Origin: a bacterium
GTDB taxonomy: Bacteria > Krumholzibacteriota > Krumholzibacteriia > LZORAL124-64-63
Assembly: GCA_020049465.1 (NCBI GenBank)
Contig: JAIFKS010000024.1
Coordinates: 210-64,209 of the forward strand
Direction: 5' to 3'
DNA: 64,000 nucleotides
The number at the start of each line of letters is the position of its first letter. The first letter of the stretch is position 1. Below the pieces are notes generated by a model, which did no database searches, was not told the origin of the DNA, and saw nothing but the letters and a program-made list of their open reading frames with translations. Below are positions 50,643 through 59,657 of the stretch, piece by piece. Position numbers and translations under genes: made by a program.

Positions 50643-51005
50643 GTGCCCATCCTTTCCTTTCTGGCGCATCTGTTCATCACCGCGGCGCTGCTGCTGGTCG
50701 TGACCCGTCTGGTACCCGGCGTCAAGGTGGACGGCTGGAAGCCGGCGCTCATCGGCGCGCTCGTGATGGGTGTGACCAACGCGATCGTCAAACCGGTGAT
50801 GGTCGTGCTGACGCTGCCGCTGACCATCATCACGCTGGGGTTGTTCCTGCTGGTGATCAACGCGCTGATGCTGTGGCTGGTCGGGGTCCTGGTGCGGGGC
50901 ATCAAGGTCACGGGGTTCGGTGCGGCGCTGCTGGGCAGCGTGGTGCTGGCGCTGCTGAACCTGGTGGTGGAGGCGATGATCGGCGGCGGCTGGTCGCAGC
51001 TGTAG
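50643..51005 (+). CDS. DUF360 / 4-TMS phage-holin family membrane protein
   Basis: GTG after GGAGG. Motif LVPGVKVDGWKPALIGALVMGVTNAIVKPVMVVLTLPLTIITLGLFLLVINALML. Confidence 0.8.
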   Translation: MPILSFLAHLFITAALLLVVTRLVPGVKVDGWKPALIGALVMGVTNAIVKPVMVVLTLPLTIITLGLFLLVINALMLWLVGVLVRGIKVTGFGAALLGSVVLALLNLVVEAMIGGGWSQL

Positions 51006-51048
51006 AGTCGGGTGCCGCCGTCGATCGCGACGAAAGGAGGAAGTCCCC

Positions 51049-51258
51049 ATGATGAACAACAAGAGAGCCGTCGGCTATACGATGGGCGTCGTGGGCGTCG
51101 GGTTCCTGGCTTTCAACGCGGTGGATTACGTCCTGAAACGCAACGAGACGAGCGCCGGTCTGGCCGTGGCGGGCATCGCGCTCGCGGTGGTGGGTGCGGG
51201 CCTGGTGCGGCGGGCGCGCACCGAAGAGGCGGCTTCGAAGAAGGCCGGGGACGAGTGA
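51049..51258 (+). CDS. small two-TM membrane protein
   Basis: Strong AAAGGAGGAAG RBS. Two hydrophobic helices. Confidence 0.5.
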   Translation: MMNNKRAVGYTMGVVGVGFLAFNAVDYVLKRNETSAGLAVAGIALAVVGAGLVRRARTEEAASKKAGDE

Positions 51259-51265
51259 AGCAACC

Positions 51266-52045
51266 GTGACCTCGCCCGTCGACCCGCGCCTTCTTCTCGA
51301 ACTTCCCGCCGAACGGCGGGCGCACCTGCTGGGCCAACTGGAGTCGCTGGCCACGGCGAAGCGTCTGGAGCGCATGGCCACGGTGCTGGCCGCGCGGACC
51401 GGCCACCTGTCGGTCGTGTTCGAAGACGTATACCATCCCCACAACGCCAGCGCCGTGCTGCGCACCTGCGAGTGCCTGGGCCTGCAGGACGTGCACATCG
51501 TCGAGGATGCCACGCGCTTCCGGCCCAGCCGCGACATCGCGCGGGGGTCAGCGCGCTGGCTGACGCTGCAGCGGTGGCGGCAGGACCAGGGGCAGGGGCA
51601 GGAGCAAGGGCAGGGCATCGACGACTGCCTGGCCTCGCTGCGCGCGCAGGGGTTCGTGATCGTGGCGACCAGCCCGGGCGACGATGCCATCACGCTGGAA
51701 GAAGTTCCGCTGGAAAAACCGCTGGCCGTCTGCTTCGGCACCGAGGAGACGGGCCTGTCGCCGTCGGCCTTCGCCGCGGCCGATATCCGAGTGGTCATCC
51801 GCACGCCCGGGTTCACGCGCAGCCTCAACGTGTCGGTGACCGCGGCGCTGGTGATGTACCATCTGGCCGCGCGGCTGCGCGCCAGTGACCTGCCCTGGCG
51901 GCTGCCGGCGGCGCGGCGCGAAGACCTGCGGTTGATGTGGCTGGCCGACGAGAGCCGCAGCGCGCGCGGCCTGGCTCGCGAAGCGCTGAAGCAGGCGGGA
52001 ATGCTGCCGTCGCCGACACCGTTCTTCCGCGCCAAGCCGCGCTGA
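51266..52045 (+). CDS. trmH: SpoU/TrmH family RNA 2'-O-methyltransferase
   Basis: GTG start. Motifs VVFEDVYHPHNASAVLRTCECLG, CFGTEETGLS and SLNVSVTAALVMY. Confidence 0.8.
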   Translation: MTSPVDPRLLLELPAERRAHLLGQLESLATAKRLERMATVLAARTGHLSVVFEDVYHPHNASAVLRTCECLGLQDVHIVEDATRFRPSRDIARGSARWLTLQRWRQDQGQGQEQGQGIDDCLASLRAQGFVIVATSPGDDAITLEEVPLEKPLAVCFGTEETGLSPSAFAAADIRVVIRTPGFTRSLNVSVTAALVMYHLAARLRASDLPWRLPAARREDLRLMWLADESRSARGLAREALKQAGMLPSPTPFFRAKPR

Positions 52046-52073
52046 GACGACGGCGGCAGAGGGATCGTTCATC

Positions 52074-53723
52074 GTGAAGCAGCGCCCTGATTCCAGGCAC
52101 GCAAGCCGCGGCGACGGCCAGGCGCACGCGACGTGCCGTTGGCTGCCATCGGTGCTGACCGGCGTGGCGGCCCTGGCTGCGTACCTGGCGATCATGCCGG
52201 ATGCCGCCGGCGACAAGGACGCCGCCGAGTTCATGCTCGTGCTGGCCACCGGCGGCGTGGCGCACCCGACGGGCTATCCGCTGTACACTCTGTTCGGTCA
52301 TCCGTTCGTTCTGCTGCTGCACGCACTCGGAGCCGGCTGGGCCTGGGCCGCCAACGCCTGGAGCGCGCTGGGCGGCGCCGTCGCGGTGATGTTGCTGCAT
52401 CGGCTGGCCTGCCGGCTGGCCGCGGGCGCCGGAGCCGCACCGCGAGCGGCCACCTGGCTGGCCTGGGTGCCGGCGGTGCTGTTCGGTCTCGATCCCGTCT
52501 GGACCTACGAGACGACGCTGGCCGAGACCGGCTCCTGGCACGTGGCCTGGGCGGCGGGCGCGGTGCTGCTCTGCCTGCGCCTGCGCGAAAGGATGGCGAC
52601 CGTGGCCGAGCCGTCGGGCGCGGACTGGCGCCGCGGCGCGCTGGCCTGGGGTGCGGTGTGCGGCGCCGGACTGGCGCATCATCTGACGGCGCTGCTGTTG
52701 ATCGCGCCGCTGACCGCGGCGCTGCTGTGGACCCTGGGCGGCCGGCGCCCGAGGCCGCACGTGTTGGCGTGGGGCGCCGTCGGCCTGCTGCCGCCCCTGC
52801 TTTCGTATGCGTTCATCGCCTGGCGGGCTTTTCATCCCGGCGAGGTCCAGTGGTCGGTGCTGGCGCCTTCGTGGCGATCGGTTCTGGACCATCTGACCGC
52901 GGCGCAATACGGCGACCATGCCGGCCGTTTCGCGCCGTCGGGGGGGCAGGCCCGCAACCTGGCGCGCTACGTCTACCCGCTGGTGGCGGTCGCGGCCCTG
53001 GCCCTGACGCTGGCGATCCGCGCGGCCGGACGCGGTCCGCGGCGCGACGTGCTGCTGGCCGTGGCGGCCGGATGTCTGCTGCAGCTGGCCGTCATCTTCG
53101 GCTACGGCGTGCCCGATCCGTCGTCGTACTTCCTGCCGGTGCTCGCGCTGGGGCTGGCGGCGGTGGCGCCGGCGGTGGCGGGACTCGGTGGTGTGAACAT
53201 CGGTGGCGCCACCCTGGGCGGGGGAGGCCGCGGCGGCACGCGTCACCACGTGACCGCCAGGCCGGGCCCAGCGGTGCTGCTGACGGCGGCGATCGCGGCG
53301 GCCGTGCTCGGTCTGCTGGCGGTGTCGTGGCTGCGGGTCGGCGTCGAGCGGCGCGATCTCTACGTGCGGCACGAGCGGATGCTGCGGCAGATGTGGGAGT
53401 CGGTGACCATCGACCAGGCATTCGTGCTGTGGAACGACGACATGGTGCACCGGTTGCGCGCGTGGCAGGTGCTGGATGGGCAGAAGCCGGGGCTGGTCGT
53501 GATCAACCCGGCGATGCTCACGCATGCCTGGCCGCGGGAGCAATTCCGGCGCGCGCACGGATTCGATCCGGTCGCGGGGCCGACCGCCGGCGGATCCGAT
53601 TCGGAGCGCGCCGCGCGCATCAACGAGCAGTCGCCGCTGCCGGTCATCGAATTCGAGATGAAGGGGCCGTCGGTGCGGATGCTGCGCAAGGCGGTCGCGG
53701 ACTCAACCGTCCTGGAGTTTTAG
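52074..53723 (+). CDS. polytopic membrane protein, DUF2723 / glycosyltransferase-like
   Basis: Many TM helices. N-terminal DAAEFMLVLATGGVAHPTGYPLYTLFGH motif. Confidence 0.7.
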   Translation: MKQRPDSRHASRGDGQAHATCRWLPSVLTGVAALAAYLAIMPDAAGDKDAAEFMLVLATGGVAHPTGYPLYTLFGHPFVLLLHALGAGWAWAANAWSALGGAVAVMLLHRLACRLAAGAGAAPRAATWLAWVPAVLFGLDPVWTYETTLAETGSWHVAWAAGAVLLCLRLRERMATVAEPSGADWRRGALAWGAVCGAGLAHHLTALLLIAPLTAALLWTLGGRRPRPHVLAWGAVGLLPPLLSYAFIAWRAFHPGEVQWSVLAPSWRSVLDHLTAAQYGDHAGRFAPSGGQARNLARYVYPLVAVAALALTLAIRAAGRGPRRDVLLAVAAGCLLQLAVIFGYGVPDPSSYFLPVLALGLAAVAPAVAGLGGVNIGGATLGGGGRGGTRHHVTARPGPAVLLTAAIAAAVLGLLAVSWLRVGVERRDLYVRHERMLRQMWESVTIDQAFVLWNDDMVHRLRAWQVLDGQKPGLVVINPAMLTHAWPREQFRRAHGFDPVAGPTAGGSDSERAARINEQSPLPVIEFEMKGPSVRMLRKAVADSTVLEF

Positions 53724-54950
53724 GGCGCGCTGGATGAGACGTTGCGCCAGATCCTGCTGATCAGGGAACGTCGAAGCGCGCGCCAGCAGATCCAGCGCGT
53801 CGGACCGGCGCCCGAGTTCCAGCGCGCAGTAGCCCTGCATCAGCCAGGCGCGGCCGGTCTCGTCGCCGTCGGCGGCCACATGCTCGAAAGCCGCGAGCGC
53901 TTCGGCGTATTCCTTCCTCAGATAGTGGACGTCGCCGATCAGCGACCACAGACGCGTGGTGGGCGACTTCTCGAGGGCTGCCCGCAGCACCTGCAGGGCC
54001 TCTTCGGTTTCATGCGAGGCCACCAGCGCCGAAGCCAGCCGCTCGATCTCCGCGGTCGACGCTTCAGGCGACAACCCGCGGCGATAGTGTTCGCCGGCCA
54101 GCTGCGCCACGCCGGCGGCCATGAGCAGATCGCCCAGCTGCTTCTCTTCGGCGGCGGTCAGTTCGCGCAGGTGGCCCACCACGCGCAGCGCCACCGCCGC
54201 ACCCTGGAAGTCGCGCCGCGCGGCCTCGTGCTGGTACTTCAGGTACCAGGCCTCGGGGTCGTCGGGATAGGCGGCCAGCAGCCGCGTCAGTGCTCCGGAG
54301 GCCAGCTCTGGTTTCTGCAGGCGGGCGGCAGCGGCCAGATAGCCCTGCACCCAGCGGATCTGCAGCTCGCCGGCCGTGCCGGAAGTCAGCCGCTCGAAGA
54401 CGGGCACGGCCCGTTCGGGCTTTTCGGCCATGAGCCACGCCGCGGCGGCGTAGTACAGCACTTCCGCCGGCCGATCGGGCGAGACGTCGTAGCCGCGCAC
54501 GAAGGCTTCGCCCGCCGTTTCGTATTCCGTCAGATCGTACGCGGCGTCGGCCAGGCCGAACCAGCCGCGGTCCAGCCGCGGTTCCAGTTCGACGGCACGC
54601 CGGTAGTTGTCGCGGGCTGCGGCCGTGTTGCCGGCGTCGGCCAGGTTCTGCGCCAGGTGCAATCGCACCAGATAATGTTCCTGGGCGGCATTGTCGCGGA
54701 GGTGGTCGGCCAGCAGCGCCGCGGCGGTGACATGGTCGCCGCTCTTGGCGTAGAGCGAGGCCCGCAGCATGATCTTCCGTTCCTGGCGGGGCAGCAGCTC
54801 CAGATCGTACAGGTCGGGTCGGTCTGTCAGCCCGCCGCCGACCTCCACACCCGTATCGGCGGCGGGAGCAGCCGATGCCGGCGAGCCGCAGACCAGAAGA
54901 CAGGACAACGCCAGGGCGCCGCACGTGTGCAGGGTCGAAAAATTCATCAT
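53703..54950 (-). CDS. TPR-repeat protein (TtpD-like, last gene of the TonB cluster)
   Basis: Signal peptide, repeated TPR pattern, AAGGAG RBS. Confidence 0.8.
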   Translation of the reverse strand: MMNFSTLHTCGALALSCLLVCGSPASAAPAADTGVEVGGGLTDRPDLYDLELLPRQERKIMLRASLYAKSGDHVTAAALLADHLRDNAAQEHYLVRLHLAQNLADAGNTAAARDNYRRAVELEPRLDRGWFGLADAAYDLTEYETAGEAFVRGYDVSPDRPAEVLYYAAAAWLMAEKPERAVPVFERLTSGTAGELQIRWVQGYLAAAARLQKPELASGALTRLLAAYPDDPEAWYLKYQHEAARRDFQGAAVALRVVGHLRELTAAEEKQLGDLLMAAGVAQLAGEHYRRGLSPEASTAEIERLASALVASHETEEALQVLRAALEKSPTTRLWSLIGDVHYLRKEYAEALAAFEHVAADGDETGRAWLMQGYCALELGRRSDALDLLARASTFPDQQDLAQRLIQRALKLQDG

Positions 54951-54972
54951 CGCTCCTTCGGCGTCCGGATCC

Positions 54973-55662
54973 TCAATGAAGATCGAAACGCAGCGTGGTC
55001 ACCACCCATGAGGCCACGGCCTCGCCGCCCAGGCGGCCGGGCTGGAACTTCCAGCGGAACAGGGCCTGGCGGACCTCATCGTCGAACACGCCTTCGGGCT
55101 GGCCCTTGAGGATGTTGACGTTGCCGACGGTGCCGTCGGGCCGCACCAGGAACTTCACCGCGACGTAGCCTTCGATGTTCTGTTCACGGGCGCGGTAGGG
55201 GTATTCGGGCGGCACCTGCACCAGGGGCGTGGGCGCCTGGTCCAGATCCACCGAGTCGAAGATCATCTCCTGCGCGGATTCGCTGCGCGTGATGCCGCCG
55301 ATGTCGATGTTCACGGCGATGTCGCCCGCGCCGGCGGCCGCGGCGCCGAAGTCGGGCTGGAACAGGTCGGGCTGCACGTCGGGCTTGTCTTCGGCCGGCG
55401 GCGGCGGCGCTTCTTCGCGCACAGCCTCCTGCTTCGGCGGCGCGGGCGGCGCCAGGTTCACCAGACTGACTCCCATCGGCGCGGTGATGTCCTGCTCCGG
55501 CGGGCGGCTGGCGTTGATCAGGTACGAGGCCAGCAGCAACAGCACCACGTTGATCGCGCCGGCGGCGCCGAGGACCAGCAGCGCGCGCAACGCGCGGCCG
55601 CCCGGGCCACCCCGCCCCGCATTCAGGCTCGGCGAAGGCAGGGGCGCGGTGATGTCGGTCAC
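54973..55662 (-). CDS. tonB: energy transducer TonB
   Basis: GTG start overlapping the exbD stop (GTGA). TM anchor, Pro-rich linker. C-terminal YPYRAREQNIEGYVAVKFLV...G. Confidence 0.8.
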   Translation of the reverse strand: MTDITAPLPSPSLNAGRGGPGGRALRALLVLGAAGAINVVLLLLASYLINASRPPEQDITAPMGVSLVNLAPPAPPKQEAVREEAPPPPAEDKPDVQPDLFQPDFGAAAAGAGDIAVNIDIGGITRSESAQEMIFDSVDLDQAPTPLVQVPPEYPYRAREQNIEGYVAVKFLVRPDGTVGNVNILKGQPEGVFDDEVRQALFRWKFQPGRLGGEAVASWVVTTLRFDLH

Positions 55663-56078
55663 GGCGTCGCCTCGGCGCGGCTGGCGGCCAGGCTGACGTC
55701 CTTGGCGCCGGCCAGGCGGCACTGGTCCATCACGCCGACCACGGCGCCGGTACGGCTGGCCTTGTCGGCCACGACCACCACGCCACCGTCGGGGTTCTCG
55801 GCCAGGGCGCGCTCGATCAGGCCGCGTACGCTGCGCACATCGACCTGCTTGCCTTCGAAGTAGACCTGCCCCTCGGGCGAGACGCCGATCATGATCGTGG
55901 CGCGCTGCTTGAGCTCGGCCGTAGCGGCGCTGGCGCGCTGCACGTCGATGCCGCTCTCCTTGACGAAGCTGGTCGTCACCACGAAGAAGATCAACAGCAG
56001 GAAGACCATGTCCACCAGCGGACCCATGTCGATGTTCACACCCGTGCTGCCGCCGCGGTTCTTGCGCACGTTGATCAT
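55659..56078 (-). CDS. exbD: biopolymer transporter ExbD
   Basis: Starts MINVRKNRGGSTGVNIDMGPLVDMVFLLLIFFVV. ATGA overlap with exbB. Confidence 0.9.
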   Translation of the reverse strand: MINVRKNRGGSTGVNIDMGPLVDMVFLLLIFFVVTTSFVKESGIDVQRASAATAELKQRATIMIGVSPEGQVYFEGKQVDVRSVRGLIERALAENPDGGVVVVADKASRTGAVVGVMDQCRLAGAKDVSLAASRAEATP

Positions 56079-56755
56079 GAGGCAGCCTCCATCAGGCCCG
56101 TGGCGCGCGCGTCCTCGCGCAGCGAGCGGTCGAGGGTCAGCGAGAACTCGTCCAGTTGGCTCTCCAGCCGCCGCGCCCGGCGTCCCAGGGCGCCGCTGAC
56201 GAACAGGCCGGGAATGGCGATCAGCAGGCCGGTCTCGGTCGTGATCAGGGCCACCGAGATGCCGTTGGCCATGGCGCGGGCGTTGCTGGTGCCGAACATG
56301 GAAATGACCTGGAAGGTCTGGATCATCCCGAGCACCGTGCCCAGCAGGCCGAGCAGGGGGGCGATGGCGGCCAGCGCCCGGATGATCGGGAGCCGGTCGT
56401 GCAACTGGCGGCGGGCGCGGTCGGTCACGTGGCGCAGCACGGCGCGGTCGATGCCGGCACGGCCGGTGCGCGACCTCAGATAGCGCTGCAGCACCAGGCG
56501 CCGCAGGCCGCCTCGCCCGGCCGGCACGCGGGCTCCGTCGAGCACCGCCAGCGCGGTCGGCGCCTCGATGTCGTCCCGGTCCAGGCCGGCAAACGTGCGC
56601 AGGCGATCGATGATCAATGCCCACATGGCGATCGAGCCGATGATCATCGGCACCATCACCCAGCCGCCGGCCACGGCGTAGTCCCAGGTGGACCAGGCCA
56701 GTTCCGACAGGTCGAGGCCGCCGAGCGCCAGGCTCGCGGGTGCGGGCGCGTTCAA
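56075..56755 (-). CDS. exbB: MotA/TolQ/ExbB proton channel protein
   Basis: TTG start 6 nt after GGGAGG, overlapping the upstream stop (TTGA). Motif LLGLLGTVLGMIQTF. Confidence 0.8.
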   Translation of the reverse strand: MNAPAPASLALGGLDLSELAWSTWDYAVAGGWVMVPMIIGSIAMWALIIDRLRTFAGLDRDDIEAPTALAVLDGARVPAGRGGLRRLVLQRYLRSRTGRAGIDRAVLRHVTDRARRQLHDRLPIIRALAAIAPLLGLLGTVLGMIQTFQVISMFGTSNARAMANGISVALITTETGLLIAIPGLFVSGALGRRARRLESQLDEFSLTLDRSLREDARATGLMEAAS

Positions 56756-58251
56756 CAGGAGCCTCCCGCCGCGGCCATCGCCTGGCCGCCGCCGTTGCCG
56801 TTGCCGCCGGGGCGCGCGGGCGCCACGCGCGCCGTGAGCTCGTCCTCGCGCCGCGCCTGCAGGATGTTCGTCAGCTGCACGGCCTTTTCCTCCATCTCGC
56901 CGATGATATGGTCCGAGCGCCGCGACAGCAGCGTGTGCAGCAGCATCACCGGGATCGCCACGATCAGGCCGAACTCGGTTGTCACCAGGGCTTCGGAGAT
57001 GCCGCCGCTCATGAGCTTCGGGTCGCTGGTGCCGAAGAGCGTGATGACGCGGAAGGTGTTGATCATGCCCGTGACCGTGCCGAGCAGGCCCAGCAGCGGC
57101 GCGACCGCGCCCAGGACCGCGAGCACCGACAATCCCCTCTCGATGCTCGGCAGCTGGTGCAGGATCGCTTCCTGCAGCACGCTCTCCTGGGTCTCGCGGT
57201 CGCGGTCGCGCACGGCCAGGCCGGCCTTGATGACCTCGATCACCGGCAGGTGGCGCTTCGCGTGGCGGGCCACCATGTCGTCGGCCGCGGCCCAGTCGCC
57301 GCGCGCGGCCATCGAGTTGACCTCGTTCATGAAGTGGTCGGTGTTGGCGTGAATGCGGTTCAGGTGCCAGGCGCGCGTGATGACCAGGAACAGCGCCACC
57401 ACCGCTACGCCCAGGATGGGCCACACCACGGGGCCGCCCGTCTGGAACTGCTCGAGGAAGCTGATCTTGTAGGCGATCTGCCGCACGGCGTCGCCGCCGG
57501 ACAGGTCGATCGGCACCAGATCGGACTCGCCATTCAGGTATTTCCGCAGGTTGCGACCCACCGAGCCGCCCGGAAGTTCCGACGTGGCGTAGAAGGTGCG
57601 CGAACCGGCCGTCCAGTTCAGGAAGCCCGCTTCGTCCGGCAGTTCATACGCCGCGGTGAACGGACCAAGGGTCATGATCGTGCCGGCAGTCAGCTCGCCG
57701 TCACGCCCGATGAATCCGCCCTGGTGCAAGGCCACGCGGCCGTTCAGGTCGAATTCCGACAGCATTACCGAAGCCATCTTCGAGATGTCGTCGATGTCCG
57801 GGTAGTAGCCCGTGTCCAGCAGCGGGCCGACCAGCGCGACGCGCGTCGTGTCGAAGGCCGAGAAGTAGGACGCCTGGAGCATCGCCTCGAGGTCTCGCGC
57901 GGCCAGGCGCACGTTGCCGGAGATCTCGCGCGTGTCCAGCTCGCGCGTGGCCCACTGCTTCTCGAGGGCGTCGCGCCGCGCGGTGGATGTGGCAACGCGT
58001 TCCTGCGCCGCCTTCAGTTCTGTCTCCAGGCGCGTGCGCGCGGACTCCAGCGAATCGACCTCCACCAACAGGCGGCCGCGGTCGGAAAGGACGGCCTGCT
58101 CGCGTTCCGTGGCGCGGGTGCGGACGGCTTCGCGCTCCTGCTCGGCCTTGCGGAAGGCCTCGCGCAGGTCCTGTGCGGTGGCGGGGGGCGGGATCGTCAG
58201 CGCCAGCGCGAGCGCCAGCAGCGGGAACACCAGCAGGTGGGTGCGCTTCAT
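56752..58251 (-). CDS. large MotA/TolQ/ExbB family protein with long periplasmic N-domain (TtpC-like)
   Basis: Signal peptide, coiled-coil, C-terminal channel motif PLLGLLGTVTGMINTF. Confidence 0.8.
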   Translation of the reverse strand: MKRTHLLVFPLLALALALTIPPPATAQDLREAFRKAEQEREAVRTRATEREQAVLSDRGRLLVEVDSLESARTRLETELKAAQERVATSTARRDALEKQWATRELDTREISGNVRLAARDLEAMLQASYFSAFDTTRVALVGPLLDTGYYPDIDDISKMASVMLSEFDLNGRVALHQGGFIGRDGELTAGTIMTLGPFTAAYELPDEAGFLNWTAGSRTFYATSELPGGSVGRNLRKYLNGESDLVPIDLSGGDAVRQIAYKISFLEQFQTGGPVVWPILGVAVVALFLVITRAWHLNRIHANTDHFMNEVNSMAARGDWAAADDMVARHAKRHLPVIEVIKAGLAVRDRDRETQESVLQEAILHQLPSIERGLSVLAVLGAVAPLLGLLGTVTGMINTFRVITLFGTSDPKLMSGGISEALVTTEFGLIVAIPVMLLHTLLSRRSDHIIGEMEEKAVQLTNILQARREDELTARVAPARPGGNGNGGGQAMAAAGGSC

Positions 58252-59030
58252 CGGCTGATCCTCCCCAGCGGCAGCGAGACGAGGTCGATCGGACGGGTGC
58301 GCGCGGCCATCTCCATGGCCTGGGCGATCACGCGCTTGTTCCGGCCGGGCAGTTCGGTCCAGGCGGCCGTCGCGGGGTCCCAGTTGCCGACGCGCTTGCC
58401 GTCGGGGCTGCGCCAGAACAGGGCCAGCCGTCCGATGCGCAGGATGTCGGCGTGCGTCTCGCGGCCGGCGACCATGATGGTCTGTGGCTCGACCTCGACG
58501 GAGTTGCCGTACTGCGCCTCGATCAGCAGCGCCTCCAGCAGGTGGCGCAGCTTCTCGGCCGGGGCCAGGTCCGGCTGGGCCATGGTCAGGCGCAGGTTCG
58601 CCAGCCGGTCCTGACGCTCAGCGGTCAGGAACGGCAGGTCGGTCGCGACCACGGTCTCGAGCCGACCGAGCACGGCGTTGAGCGTGTCCTGGATCACCGC
58701 CTGCATGCGGGTGGATTCGATGAGTCGGCGCTCGAGCTCGGCCACCGCGCCATCAAGGGCGGCCGCCTTCTCGTTCTCGCGCGCCGTAAGTTCCTGCAGG
58801 TAGGCCACATTGGCCTGGGCGGCGCGGTAGCGGCGCTCCAGATTGGTGCGCTCCTGCGACCAGTCGTCGAGGCTGGTTTGGATCTGGCGAGCGGTATCGA
58901 CCGTTTCGTTCACGGTCGAAACCAGGGAATCGGGGGCCGAAGCCCGGCTCGTCGGCGATTGCGCAGCGGCCGGCGCCGCCAGCGCCAGCAACAGGGCCGC
59001 AGCCCCGGCACAAGCGAGAGATCGAAGCAT
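58248..59030 (-). CDS. DUF3450-like periplasmic coiled-coil protein (TtpB-like)
   Basis: Signal peptide, coiled coil. Motifs DLPFLTAERQDRLANL and ILRIGRLALFW. Confidence 0.75.
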   Translation of the reverse strand: MLRSLACAGAAALLLALAAPAAAQSPTSRASAPDSLVSTVNETVDTARQIQTSLDDWSQERTNLERRYRAAQANVAYLQELTARENEKAAALDGAVAELERRLIESTRMQAVIQDTLNAVLGRLETVVATDLPFLTAERQDRLANLRLTMAQPDLAPAEKLRHLLEALLIEAQYGNSVEVEPQTIMVAGRETHADILRIGRLALFWRSPDGKRVGNWDPATAAWTELPGRNKRVIAQAMEMAARTRPIDLVSLPLGRISR

Positions 59031-59358
59031 GGTCCACTCTTTCGTGATCGGCCCTGAACGCGAACGGGCGCGCGGCGCGGCGATGGGGACGCAGCCAACC
59101 TAACGGGGTCCTGTTAGGGCTGGGTTATGGGCCAGCGAATTGTTCGTGAATCCAGGGGATGGGGGCGGCGATTCGTGGTTGCGCTCCCGCGGCGCGGGCC
59201 TGACTGCAGGCCGCCGTGTCGCGGCCACATCTTGTTTCTGGGCAGTATGTTGCGCCACCGCCGGCGAACTACTCAGCATGTCGAGTAATGTGTCTCACCA
59301 TGACGGGCCGGCTTGAGGGCTGATTCGGGCGGCGGTGCCTTGTTCACATTTCGGCGAA

Positions 59359-59376
59359 ACTTGCGCCGGCGCAAGT
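59359..59376. repeat. 18-bp palindrome, exact copy L
   Basis: ACTTGCGCCGGCGCAAGT, intergenic. Confidence 0.95.
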
Positions 59377-59523
59377 CAACGCCGAACGCCATCCGTCCCC
59401 ACTTCAAGAAATGGCCATTGCGGCGAGAACGCAGAGAGCGGCTGTGAGTGCGGAGGCGAACAGGAGAGTCCAGATGCATGGATGCTGGCGAATGATACGG
59501 CCGGGGCTAGCTTCACCGCGAGC

Positions 59524-59541
59524 ACTTGCGCCGGCGCAACT
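59524..59541. repeat. 18-bp palindrome family, copy M (17/18)
   Basis: ACTTGCGCCGGCGCAACT, intergenic. Confidence 0.85.
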
Positions 59542-59582
59542 CTCACGACTCCGCGGTGAAAATGCGCCAGCCCACGCCGCCG

Positions 59583-59620
59583 AAAACAGAAAGGGGCGCC
59601 GGCCATTCCCGGCGCCCCTT
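59583..59620 (-). terminator. intrinsic terminator after the CTD protein gene
   Basis: Minus strand reads AAGGGGCGCCGG-GAATGG-CCGGCGCCCCTT followed by TCTGTTTT. Confidence 0.7.
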
Positions 59621-59657
59621 CCCCATGACGGCGCGGTCCTGTCTGTGCAGTCGGTTG

